Source: Harriotta raleighana (taxonomy: Eukaryota). From it: 64,000 bases of DNA. The stretch spans positions 1,266,119 through 1,330,118 of the forward strand of contig JBNZDD010013628.1 in the NCBI GenBank assembly GCA_050575255.1, written 5' to 3'. Shown in pieces: positions 10,891-23,022 of the stretch. Position 1 is the first letter of the stretch, and each line of letters starts with the position of its first letter. Below the pieces are notes generated by a model. It saw nothing but the letters and a program-made list of their open reading frames with translations, was not told the origin of the DNA and searched no databases. A program made the translations under genes and the position numbers.

Positions 10891-13800
10891 TAAATACGAA
10901 TAGGATAAATAGGAAGAGTTCATTCTAGGATGGGGTAGAACACGATTCTGTACAGAAAGTAAGCCTTTGATAGTCTTATGATTCTCAATCTATTCATGTT
11001 TGTAAATTAATCTAATCTGGAAATACTGAGAGATGTAACGTAACATTTATAATAATGGAGTCCAGTATCATGTGAAACTGAACTTAAAGTAGGCGGGAGT
11101 TCAAGAAGAATTGTATTCAATGCTTCATCAGTACATTTGACCTTTTATAAATTTGATAATTGCACATTTCTTATTGAGAAATCGATTAAAAAACAACACA
11201 ATCCAGATCCCAATATTATATGCATTGAAGAGCATGACCTTCAGAGTAGAAGTAAATAGGAGGTTTATGAACATATTAGTAATACAAATGTGGAAAAATA
11301 AAAACTATTTTTACATAGCTGTTTTATTCATTCCCTTTAAAGCTCTAGCATATATATAGCCATTTCAATGATATACTTGGAAAATTAATAATTTATAATT
11401 ATCTAGCTGGAAATCCCTCTGCGACTTGACTAATTTAGAAGTAAGGTCTGACAGTAAAATCACTAGAGACATAACATTTAAATAGCGTTTCAAATAAAAA
11501 CAAACTGAAATAATTATGCTAAATCCAATAGGATTTGAGTTATTTTTATTGTGTTGTCATGAGCTTGTAATGCATGAGCTTGTAAAACAACAAATTCAGT
11601 TTTGTTTTAAGTTTATTTGAATCAAAATTTTTCTGCCCTCAATTTTGAAATTATTTTTGTGCCCTTGTGAGGTTTGTTCTGAAAATTGTCTGTTAGGTGG
11701 AAGTGGACTGCATTCCACCTGATATCTGACAAAATTACTCTCTAATGTGATACAAGACAAGGTGTGTGAATTGGTCTGAGCAACTCAGTCACTAGTTCTC
11801 TTCTTCAGAGTGGAGAGATGATGCATCTCTGCTTAGCGGGTTCCCCAAATGCAACATAAACTAAGTACAGTACATGGTCTCTCAAACAGAAGTGAGGGTG
11901 CAGAGGTCAGAAGCAAAAAAAGGGTGATTCAACAACAGCAACAACTTGCATTTATGAATCACACTTTTTTTTTTGCATGCTGTCCAGTATTCCTGGACTT
12001 TCCATAAAGAACTGAGCCAGAAAGCAAAATGAATTCTTATGTTTGATCCTGTTTTTGAAAAAAAAAATCAAAACATATTCAGGTCCAGAATAAATATAAA
12101 AAAAACATGCAAAGTTGTCATTGATTTAAGAAATTACCACAACTGAGTAGACATAAATAAACAGAAGATACTGTGGTAGCGCAAGAGGGTTGTGTCATTT
12201 CCGCATATATAAAGGTTTCAGGTTCAAATCCCAGGGTCTCAGAGTTTCAAAGAGCTTACATCATTTTCTGTATTGAATAAGATGATGCTTTTATTCACAG
12301 CGGGGCTCATGAATTTGAAGTAAATAGGCCCTAACATTATGTCTGCCTGGATGTTTTACTGCTAATTGTTATTTATTTGCAGACAAGGTTTGCTTCGTTT
12401 ATGTTTATCCTTGACAAATGTGATGTGTCAAAACTTTCCACATACGTTGTGAAATGTCACCTGCTATACGGTGGATGTGTGGTGCAGACAGAAATAGTTG
12501 CAGGAACTATGGGACAAATTTGCAGAGTTCCTAAATGCATTCTGCTCGTTCATTATCACCAGCTTAAAGTTTAGAAATGTAATGAAGCTTGTGATCAAGT
12601 TGCTCCAATTGTATTACTTCTGTTGGCCATGAGTGTCAGTATGTCACCCACTCCTTCTGAACTTTCCTTCAATCACATAATGTGTGGGATGTCTCTGATT
12701 GAGTCTGGGCTGCAAGATCTGTGGAAGAAGGACTTAATGGGCCAAATGGCCATTTGCTGTTCCATATCTTCTTATAGACTAATATCTTAACGTTTTCACA
12801 AATCAGACACTGTGACTGTATTTTAGATGATGTCTCTGTGTCCAGATGAATCTCATCACGCCAAGTTAAGACAAATTCAAACTCATGTTATGGATTTCCC
12901 ATGCATTTCTATAAAATTGGCTTACTGTTTCTGATTAAAGTCATTGTAAACCCAAATTTAGCAATAAGTTGGCAGTACAGCTTCTTCAAATATAACTGCC
13001 AAATGTCTCTGCTTCTCCTTGACTCAATACTGTGTGTCATTCAATGCACAAGGATTTCATTACTTTTTTGAATGGACTGTACATCAAATCAGTCAATCGA
13101 TCTCTAGGCCAGAAAAATACTTAACCAGTCTAAAGTGTTACTTCTAGCCAAAGAATCATTTAACAACATAAAGACTGCTGAGGATAAAAAAAAAGCATTA
13201 TTCTCAAGAAGAACAAACGGTGAAAATTGTTCATTTGGTGGGAAAGCAAGAAAACTAGAAGTCATACGCACAAGAGAATATTATAAACCATCCAAATGCA
13301 TGCTCTCATTGTCTAAAAATGAGAAGGTGAAAGATGGGAAGAACATAATTCATCCTTTGTTAGGACATTCACTCAAATTGACATTGATTCCAATGAGAGA
13401 ATGAGCCATAATCTAGTCTTGTCTTCCTCTCAAAAATGTCTCAAATTGCAAATTACTGTATTAAGAACATTCTTTATTCACTTATGGTTCAGCAGTAAAC
13501 AATACAAAGATGTACATTTACGTAGCATCTTTCACATCAAGAGTCCCAAGGCGCTGACTCCCCTCTAACTTTACTAATAAAATATAGTTTAAAGACCAGG
13601 AATATTGCAGAACTTCAATGTGCTCATATTCCTACTTCTATGAATAATTCTGAGTAAGTAATTCGTACGTAAGTCAGTAATTATGCAAACATTTCAGCAC
13701 ATGGCACTCAATAGAGAGCTAGATGCAGTTAGTCAACAGACCTTATCACCAAACAAAATAGCAGTAGAGGCACAACATTTTCAAATTAGTGTTAACTTTC

Positions 13801-14504
13801 CTTTTCCCTGCTCATGATCTTGCTTTCTTGATTTAATTCACTGTACGCTTTCTTGAACAATAGTCTTTTCAGTTAAACGTGTTATGACAAGGCCAGGATT
13901 TGTTATGACAATTTGTTCAGTGGCCAGTGAGCAGGATTTCTTCCTTGGAAAAACATTGACATCAAATGATCTGCAACCTTGCAAGAAACAAAGGATCGTC
14001 TGTCGACACAGTCCTCCTGGTTTAACGTTTTGGGCAGAACGTTGGATTTTACTGTTGGAGCTTTATTGTGGATGTTTGTGTAATGCATCATCAACAGCAC
14101 TTAATTTTCATGGCAATAATAATCTATGTCCCCACTTAACTAAGAAAAAGGTCTGTTTGCATCACAATCTCATTCATCCTGATCCTGCGTACAAGTGTTC
14201 AAGGTGGTGAGTGCTTGTTTTGTACTGCTAATCAATATGCTACTGGAGCATGGATTATTTGATAAAGGGAACTTCATTTCAAATATAAAGATTAACTTTA
14301 TAACTATATAAAGATCTCAATTTGGTTAATGTAATTTGTTTTACTTCCGTTTCGTTTCATTTTTTATAGAGTAAAACATTTGTTATTTGCTAGTCGTTTT
14401 GGGAAATGTTTGCATCCTCTGTGCTACTTTACTTATCATTGCTTTCAATGATATGAAGTTTGACGTGAGTTTCCTCTGATATCCTGGCTAACAATTCCCA
14501 TATA

Positions 14505-14670
14505 CAATTGGCCATTGGCTTTGTGGCTGTTAGTGGGACATTGCTGTGTGCGACTTGTCTGCTGTGTGCATTTAATAAATACACAGTCACTACACTTAAA
14601 TCTTCTGCAGCACTTTGACACATTTCAAGACATGATGAGGTGCTATATCAGATTCACTATTATATTATTG
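14505..14670 (+). mobile_element. SINE 3' fragment
   Basis: gctgttagtgggacattgctgtgtgc...gaggtgctatatca. Confidence 0.7.
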
Positions 14671-14689
14671 GCTCAACTTTACATCCCGG

Positions 14690-15540
14690 CTTGACTATGC
14701 AAATGCCTTGCTGGTCAGCCTCCGCAATTCCTTTCTCCACAAGCTGCAGTTCATCCAAAACTCTGCAGCCCATGTCCTCTACCGTTCCAAACTTCATGAC
14801 CCCATCAAATATACAATTGTTTTTTCCTCTTCTCCTTCCCCCTACCCAAACCCCTCACCTTGCCATCTTTCCCCTTTTTCTCCCCTAACCCCACTTCCAT
14901 GGGGATACTGCTATGCACAATTTGGCTGCTGCGTTTTCGCCCACAAATATACAGCCAATTTTTCCAACTTTCCTTTCCCGACCCCTCCCCCCCGCTCTGA
15001 AACCTACTTGACTGTACAGTGCCTTGGGACGTCCTCCCGATGTGTAAGGCGCTATATAAATGTAATTTGGATTGATTGATTGATCTTCCCCATCCTTGCC
15101 CGACTCCATTGGTTCCCCATCACCCAGAGGATCCAATGCAAGTTCCTGGTCCTCACATATAAAGCCCTCCACAATCTCTCCCCACCCTACATCCACGATC
15201 TTCTATCCCCTTACCAATCTGCCCGCCCCTCCGCTCAGCAGACTCTGGCCTGCTCCATGTCCCCCGACTCACCCGCCCAAACATTGGCAGGCGAGCCTTC
15301 AGCCACTCTGCCTCCAACCTCTGGAACTCCATCCCGAAGTGCTTCCACTTCGCCCCCTGCTCCCTGGCCTCCTTCAAGTCTCACCTCAAGACTCTCCTCT
15401 TCGATGGTCCTATCGCCTACTCCTGCACCCCGCCCCACCTCCCGGCCTTAGCTCGGGTCTGAAGCAGTAACCTGTCTAGCACCTCGGGATGTCCTCCTGA
15501 TGTAAAAGACACTATATAAATGTAATTTGTTGTTGTTGTC
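14690..15540 (+). mobile_element. L2 LINE 3' end (family A), interrupted at 14806-15082
   Basis: Peptides LHKLQFIQNSAAHVL and LARLHWFPITQRIQCKFLVLTYKALHNLSPPYIHDLL; tail gatgtcctcctgatgtaaaagacactatataaatgtaatttg(ttg)n. Confidence 0.92.
14806..15082 (+). mobile_element. Nested retroelement 3' end: SINE-body motif, pyrimidine spacers and L2 tail ending (gatt)n
   Basis: Collinear with the reverse complement of 46700-46975; splits the host L2 between catgaccccatc and ttccccatccttg. Confidence 0.8.
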
Positions 15541-15544
15541 CCAA

Positions 15545-15862
15545 GTGCTCAATAATGCACTTGGCTCTTACATGCCTTACAAGTATGAGACCTGTGTTCG
15601 AATCCAGGCAGATCAGGGCGAAACCTTGGGCAAGTTTCCTTACTCCACATGCCTCATAATAATCCCTCCAAAAAAAACGTCAATAATAAAATTGGTCGTT
15701 TCAATCCACGACTGTTTGTGGGACACTGCTGTGCGCAATTGGCTGCCGCATTCCACCCACAAATATGCAGTCAATTCACTTTACAATATATTCTGTGAAG
15801 CGCTTTGATAAGATGTGAAAAGCGCTATATCAAATGCAAGGATTATTATTATTATTATTATT
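15545..15862 (+). mobile_element. tRNA-derived SINE
   Basis: gccttacaag..gagacctgtgttcgaatcc..gggcgaaaccttgggcaagtttcc, conserved body, (att)n tail. Confidence 0.92.
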
Positions 15863-16590
15863 ATATAGCACCCTGTATGCCTGGCAGTGCCTCAGGGTGA
15901 TTCACAACAGTAGAGCTCAAGGCTGACCTAGAGGAAGGGGGAAGGTAACCGTATGTGCGGTCGCAGAGCAAGATCTTCAGACATGACCTGAAAATGGGAA
16001 AGGAGGGGGTGAGGCAAAGGAGTTGACGGAAGAAGTTCCAAAGTTTTGGGCATAGTTGGGCTGAAAGCACAACCACTGATGTTGGGCGGAGAATTTGGGC
16101 GACAAAGAGGAGGCCAGACCAGTAGAGAGGAGGCAGCGAGTACCATTGGTGAAAAGAGAGGAGGTTGGAGATGTGGGGGGTTGCAGAGGAATGGAGGCAC
16201 TTAAACACAAGAGTGATTATCTTGAAGTCAATCCGCTTGGTCACAGACAGCCAGTGTAGTTTGGCAAGGAATGGGGCAATTGGGGTATGAAGTTTGGTGC
16301 CGGTGGCAGAGTTTTGGATGAGCTAAAGCTTGTGGATGGTGGAGGAGACCGACAAGGAGTGTGTTGGATGGAGTAATCCAGCCAAGAGGTAACAATACCA
16401 TGGACCAGGGTTTTGGTAGTGTTGGGGTGAGGTATTGACAGAGACCGGCAATGTGGTAGAGATGGACAAAAGTGGAGCCTGGTAAGGGACCGGGCGTGGG
16501 GGAAGGAAGGGAACCTGGGGATCAAACCTGACGCCTAAGTTGAACACAGGTTCAGAGAGTTTTAAGGACAAGTCGGATAGTCGGCACTTA
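15855..16590 (-). mobile_element. L2 LINE 3' end (family B)
   Basis: Peptides TKRIDFKIITLVFKCLH and TKTLVHGIVTSWLDYS, and NLGVRFDP; tail ggcatacagggtgctatata. Confidence 0.9.
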
Positions 16591-16787
16591 CACATCAACA
16601 CAAAGTGACTCCTAGCATTGTTTCCAAAACACCAAAGAAGCTTGCAATACTCATACCAATGTATTTTGCTCATTACCACAAATCCAAAATGAAATGATAT
16701 GTTGCAATCCAAGTGGTTGTGCGAGTGCACTGAACAGAACACTTCTGGTCCATGGTGAACCCTTAATACCAAGATCAATAGTTAAAA

Positions 16788-17115
16788 ATAATCCTTGCAT
16801 TTAATATAGAGACTCATCACATTGTTAAGATATCTCAAAATGCTGAATGGGATATACTATAAAGTAATGTGTTTGTGTGCATTTTGGGGATGAACGCAAC
16901 AGACATAGCTGTTTGTGGAACATTGCTGTCTGAAAATTGGTTATCAGGTATTGTGAAAATTGGTTGTTGTTCTCTAGGTAGCCAAGCAACTGATTTTATT
17001 TGGGGGGCATTACATGCCAGAACAGAGGCTGATACTTCTTTGCTTTTGGAATCGTGCCATAGGATCTTCGATGGCAACCTGAACAGGCCGATTTGACCTC
17101 GGTTCAAATCTCTAA
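16788..17115 (-). mobile_element. SacSINE-like fragments, rearranged (includes a short + strand body piece at ~16908-16945)
   Basis: aataatccttgcatttaatata tail; gccataggatctt..cacctgaacagg-like segment. Confidence 0.6.
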
Positions 17116-17273
17116 TTGAATTAAACCAGAGCCAATCACCCAATCAAAGTTCTTACAGATGTTAAATGATCCACAGCTGCATGACTGTTCATCCAATAAA
17201 CCACATAGGAGTGAATATTTATATATAGATACAGAACACGGAAGATTTGAATAAGGACCTCATATATGGTTAA

Positions 17274-17412
17274 TAATGCGGCAACATAATTTTTGTTCAG
17301 GCATTTTAGGTCATTATCAGTCCTGAGGTTCTCATTACCAGCTCATGTGAACAACCACCTAAGGGCCAGTAATGACCGAAATGCCCTCCAAAATGATGTT
17401 ATTGCTACATTA
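17274..17412. repeat. Imperfect ~55-bp inverted repeat (old palindromic/MITE-like element)
   Basis: taatgcggcaacataatttttg..ggcattttaggtcattatcagtcctgaggt versus the reverse complement of the right arm, taatgtagcaataacatcattttg..ggcatttcggtcattactggcccttaggt. Confidence 0.7.
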
Positions 17413-18157
17413 ATGATTAATAAGGGTTAAATATAAAAATACAAAGATGGCGTCTTGTCATTTTATAGAGAAAATTGGTTACATCTCAGAGTCAACTACC
17501 CAGGGGTTAAAGTCACTGCACCTCAATTTGAGGTAATTCAAACTTCCATATTGTTTAACCATAAATTACTGAAATCATATTCCTTTACCTACATTTACCC
17601 AGTGAAAGATGATTTCGGAACGAGTGCCTCTCTCTCAGGCCTTCGCTTCTGAAAGGATAAATGAAAAGGTTAGCTCTGTAGATCAATCATTAATTGTAGG
17701 TGGCACCATTGAAACCCAGGACCCGGAAGCTGACTGTGACATTGGCATCTGTTTGAATGCCAAAGCCTGATTGTCTAGCCACTGGGCCAAAAATAAAGTC
17801 ACAGCATTTTAACAAGTTTTTTCAACTCAAATAAAATATTGCTTCCCATGCAAAGGGATGTTTTTTGTTGAACTCGCATGTTTAAACAACAAAGGTTGAA
17901 ATGCCACCTCCTTGCATTGTGCGGGTATAGTTAAAAAAAAATCATTTTCCTAAATCCACTGCATTTTATTTTATACTTGCTGTGTCTGAGGAGGCGACAT
18001 AACAGGTGGCAATATTGTACTTAACAAGTGAGAAAGCCCCTGTTTTGGGACGCCTGGTGAAGCAAATAACTGCTTATGTTTTCATATGTGTTATGCAGGT
18101 ATGCTGTACCGGTTCAAATTTCCAGTGCGTCTTTAAATAACGTTTGCAATTTCTCTG

Positions 18158-18380
18158 TCCTGGGCAACAATCTTTCAGATGAATTGGTCATTCACCTTTT
18201 GTGGCTGTTCTCGGAATCTTGCTGTGTGCAAATTGGCTGTCACTTTTGTGCAGAAATATACACAATTTGACAAACATTGACCAAAGTAACAGAACTTGAC
18301 ACAATTCGCAAAAAGGACCCACAAAGCACTTTGAGACATTTCAACTTTACCTGGCACATTATTAATTACTAAGATTCTTA
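18158..18380 (+). mobile_element. SINE 3' fragment, decayed
   Basis: aattggtcattcac..ggaatcttgctgtgtgcaaattggctg..aagcactttgagacat. Confidence 0.6.
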
Positions 18381-19087
18381 TCATTAACTCAACATTTTTC
18401 CCATTTCATTTGGTGCAAGTGGTTCTTTTAGAAACAGGTGAATGTTCACTATGTGTTGCCACAAATCTATTTTTTAATAGAACAGAAAAATAAAATATTT
18501 AAAGAGCTTTTGTGAAAAAAGTACAAATGGAATCTTATGAACATCAAGCCATTCCCAAATGCTATTTGGATAAATATAATTTTTATTGTGTTAATGAGAA
18601 AGTATTAGACAGTGAAGATACACCTGCATTTATTGAGAGAGTTGCACCAAAAAAAGGAAAAAAACACTGAGATAATAATATTTACATTTATGATAGTCCT
18701 TAGAATGCCTAGCTCTCAATTCCACTAAGTGTGATTAGTATTATCTGATTATTATTATCTGAAAGCAAACTATTATTGTTCAATGCAAAGATTAGTATTA
18801 TCTGAAAGCAAATAGCAGAATCAATCACAGCAAGATCAAACCACAGATGTGAATTGAGTAATCAATTTGCTGGCAAGGATACTAGCAGGAATTAGGAGAA
18901 TTTTTGAATAATGTTGCGGGATTTTTAATGTACTTGCAGATTTCAAAGTGAAAAAAGCTGAATGACATATTCAGACAAGATTTTTAATGTCTTGTTGGAC
19001 ATGATATTATGATATTTTTAGTAGAGAAAATATTCCCTTCATCCCCTTAACCCAAGATACCCTTGATCTTCCGTTTCTTCCACTGAT

Positions 19088-19320
19088 GTACAGTCAATTC
19101 ATTTTACAGTATATTCTGTGAAGTGTTTTGAGACATCTAGAAGACGTGATAACGTGCCTCATGAAATGCAAGGATTATTATTATCTCTTGGCAATGCCCC
19201 CCTTTTTATATATAAAATCACAAGAATCTTTGCATTTAATATGGTGCCTTATCATGTTACCCCAATGACTCAAAAGTGCTTCATAGAAATTTATTATAAA
19301 GTGTAGTGGCTGTGTATGAA
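19088..19320. mobile_element. Two SINE tails, + (19088-19183) and - (19215-19320)
   Basis: tacagtcaattcattttacagtatattctgtgaag..gcaaggattattatt and the reverse tttgcatttaatatggtgccttatca. Confidence 0.7.
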
Positions 19321-20177
19321 TAGCTGAATGTCTATTGGGGGCAGTGGGTTAATTTACCAGATTTATATACCTTTTCAGATTTTCTATCACTCATTTCAAG
19401 ACTTATATGCAGATGAGCCCTTGATTTACGATAGAATGTTTTCTGCAGTTTACAGTATTCATAAAATATTATATAATAAATAGTTCCAATAAATGGATTT
19501 ATTGGAAAGCTCTGATAATAATATATTGTATTGTAGGTGATCAGTATGCTGTACTCTTCCAGTTCCTGTGTCATTGCAATCTTCCTTGTTTTTTACTGGC
19601 ATTTGCTGCCTTTACTGTGTCAGTCGCTCAATGTTAAACAAAATGTAACATTATTTGGTTGAAGATAAAACCGTGGACCACAAGATCAACAAACATGTTT
19701 AAGGTAGTAATTCAATCTTGAGTTCTGCTGTTTATAAAGTGCTTGAGCTTCACTCTCTTGGTTTGTGATGGCATTGGGTCTGTGTGATTGAATTACTGCC
19801 TTGTTCCTCGCTGCACCCTCTTTATAATCCCATACAAATTTTTCATGGGTGAAATTAGTCTTTGTGCTCGCAAAATAAATGTTTTTGTTATTATTTTAGT
19901 TGATAGCAGAATAGAGTGGAGTTCTTCCCCATGGCAGAGAACGGAAGAGCATTCACTACCATTGAACAACAACAAAATTACACTTCTATAGCGCCTTTCA
20001 GGTCATTGTATCAGACGCTAGCTAGGGACGGGGGGTGGGAGGGGGAGTGAAGGGGGGGATTAGGAATCGTATTTTCTATTTACAGTCAAACATGCTAAAC
20101 CACTCGTTGTCAACAACCATTTTTGAATAGTTACAACTGATTTTCCATTATAAAGCTCCTCTATTCAGAAACTTGTC

Positions 20178-20972
20178 TAACAACAACAAAAAATTACATT
20201 TGTAGAACGTCTTTCAGGTAGGGAGGACGTCCCATGGTGCTGAACAGTCAGGGATCAGGACCAAAGCATGGGGGAGGGGTGGGAGCAGAGTTGAGGGAGG
20301 TCATAAAGGTATGGGGCAGGGCTGAAGGCATGATCAAAAAGGAGATTCTTCATACAGGCCTTGAAGCAGGCAAGGTGAAGGGATTGTGGGTTGGAGTTCC
20401 AAAGAGAGACTGAAAGCCTGGCCCCCGATGGTAGGGCAGGTTGGGCAGAAGACATGGAGCAGGCTGGAGCCGTCTGTATGGAGGGAGTGAACAGGATTAT
20501 AGAGGATCAGTAGGTCAGTGAGGTAGGAGGGGGCAAGGTCATAGTAGACCTTGAAAGTGAGGACAAGGATTTTGATTTCTATCGTCTGAGGAATCCAGAA
20601 CCAGTGAAGCCAGACAAGTGTGTGCTTGATGGGGGTCACAAAGCCTGATGCAGGAGAGGATGTGAATTTTGGATGATCTGAAGCTTGTGGAGGGAAGAGT
20701 TGGGGAGGCCAACGAGGAGGGAATTTCTGTAGTCAATCCTTGAGTGACAAATGCACGTATGAGGGTTTTGGGGCCTGAGGGGGAAGAAAAGACATTTACG
20801 GGTCGAATAAGACATCCATATTCCTGACTGGCTTGGTGAGGTGGAGTGTGCATCCGTGGATGCTGATGCTGCCGATGCCTGAGATGTGGTGATGCTGGCG
20901 CGAGCCAATCAGGAGGCCTCATTCTGATGTTCAGCTGTAGAAAGTTTTCTCTCATCCAGGACTTGATGTCTA
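20178..20972 (-). mobile_element. L2 LINE 3' end (family A)
   Basis: WMRENFLQLN, SRIDYRNSLLVGLPNSSLHKLQIIQN and LHWFWIPQTIEIKILVLTFKVYYDLAPSYLTDLL; (ttg)n tail. Confidence 0.93.
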
Positions 20973-21341
20973 GTTATGAATGCAACCAAGCTTTACTCGT
21001 TTTTAGTCATGACAGTGTACACACACACATGTTAGAGGTCAATTCTGAGTAAATTTAAGTGTTTACTGTGAATGCATTACCAAGTTCTGCACACCAGTAT
21101 GTAGAATCGCGTTAGATTCGTAGCACATTTAACAACTTTGCGCTGACGAGACCATGTGATGCCCACAGCTGCCCACCTCACGTATGAGGCAGTGTTGATC
21201 AATGTACTCTCAGTCCAGACCTGGTCAATGAACCAACAAACCTTAACTCAGAGGCCACCTGTACACAAAGGCCACCTAGATCCAGTGCTAAGTGATTGCT
21301 GAAAGACATCTCAATTTCAACAAGTTTCACTGTATGTCATC

Positions 21342-21612
21342 AAAATGCACAGTATTGCGAATGCTGAAAATCTGAAACAAAACAGAAATCACTGGGAACA
21401 CTCACCTGATCAGGCAGCATCTATGGAGAAAGGAAAGTGAGTCAACATTTTGAGTCCACAACCCTTCATCAGAACAGACTGCCTGTCAGACTACTGTGTT
21501 CTGACAAAGGGTCGTGGACCCGAAACGTTGTCTCACTCTCCTTCCTCCATAGATGCTGCCTCACCTGCTGAGTGTTCTCAGCAATTTATGTTTTGTTTTG
21601 CTGTATATTGTT
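21342..21612. mobile_element. Penelope-like terminal (pLTR-type) sequence as an inverted pair, each arm with a decayed minimal hammerhead motif
   Basis: 21375-21476 is the reverse complement of 21497-21598 with scattered mismatches. Right arm ttctgacaaagggtcgtggacccgaaacgtt..ccatagatgctgcc..cctgctgagt resembles chondrichthyan Penelope ends. Confidence 0.75.
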
Positions 21613-21711
21613 GTATATGAAGATTTATAAATAAATCTTGATTTAGTGGGTTAAAACATCAATGCAAATGGTTATCTGGATACATATTAGAGTAATTGCA
21701 ACAAATAATCA

Positions 21712-21835
21712 TGGGAAGCTGAAACCATAACGACATTTAAATGAGAACTGGATGAATATCTGAAGAGGAAGAATAATAAAAGGGGTAAGGGAATGAGCAG
21801 GGTATCTGGAGTAGAGTAGTGAGAATTGTTCCAGT
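21712..21835 (+). mobile_element. CR1 3' fragment
   Basis: ggaagctgaaaccataacgacatttaaatgagaactggatgaatatctgaag encodes EAETITTFK.ELDEYL, the CR1 ORF2 end. Confidence 0.6.
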
Positions 21836-21861
21836 GGATGAGTTACCTCCAGCGAAACTTC

Positions 21862-22298
21862 CTTGCTGATATAATGCCTTAACACATTGTCAAGTCTCAA
21901 AGCGCTTATATATACTCATATACACTTATACACACATATATATAAGAATATACTCTAAAATGTTGTGATTGTGTACATTTTGTGGGCAAATGTGACAGCT
22001 AATGTCCCACAAACAGCCATGGAGAGAGCGACCAATTTTATTTGGGAGATTGTTGGCCAGGATCCCAGGAAAAACTCCTTTCACTTTTCAAATAATGCCT
22101 TAGGATCGTTAATGTCCACCTGGACAGACAGAACCTCGGTTTTACATCTCATCCAAAGGATGACACCCCCAGCAAGACACCGCAGCCCAACACTGCAGTG
22201 AAGGGTCAGCCTGGACTGGGTTGGTTCCAAGTTCTGATGTGGGGCTTGAACCCCAATCTTCTGACTCAGAGGCAAGAAAGAGTATTACCAACTGAGAC
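21862..22298 (-). mobile_element. SacSINE1/DeuSINE-like element, near full length
   Basis: Reverse strand gtctcagttggtaatactc..gcctctgagtcagaagattggggttcaagccccac..ggatgagatgtaaaaccgagg..ggtggacattaacgatcc. Confidence 0.88.
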
Positions 22299-23022
22299 AG
22301 TCTTTTAATTCTATTAGAATCTTCTTGAAACCATATACAGTGGTGACATATTGTACTTCTGCTCTTATTAGGACGCCACACATCCTTTGTTGTGGGGCTG
22401 CATATGCTGTTGGCAGTTCTTCCACGTTTGGCCGCACCAACCAAGGAATAGGACAAGTAGGCAATGGATCAGTGCTACTTCCCTGTTCTCCTTACCAGTT
22501 AGCAGCTTTCCAAGATCCCAAGCGGCATTGCTCGATCAACATCACTTGGGATCAGGGAGAAGAGTGGCAGCCGTGAGTGTTGCATTTTATCTGTTACGAC
22601 TGAGTCATAAACGTTAGCTTCATTCAGTAGTGGCACTGCTGCCGGTCTCTGCCAACATGTAAGTCTCTTGTGTGCAGAGCAGCACATGTGAGCTGTCTGA
22701 AAGAGCTTAGCACATTAAGGAGCATAATGCAGTTGGGAAATTGCACATTAAAATGCAAATGCAGTGAATGTCCCAATTATGGTGCAAACAGAACCAGCCA
22801 AATGCAGGTTCCAGAACTGCTATGTGCAAAACCAGTCTTCTAATGCTACCATATCTAGAACTAGCCTAATGTTGATTCCAAACTCAATAAGATTTTTAAA
22901 AAGCAGCATTTCTAGCATAATTGCCCTTGGTCACAAAGCAACATCTGAATAAAAAAATGTTCTAGTCTTTTCTTTGTATTTTGTTACAACTATTTATTCA
23001 GCAGATGGAGGATTATGAATGG

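Noticed and set aside
18733-18812. Short local repeats of gattagtattatctga / tattatctgaaagcaaa
   Set aside because: Ordinary slippage duplications; no regular repeat-spacer periodicity.
22513-22553. Small hairpin gatcccaag...cttgggatc
   Set aside because: Only 9 perfect bp plus an imperfect extension; too short for a pre-miRNA and within chance.
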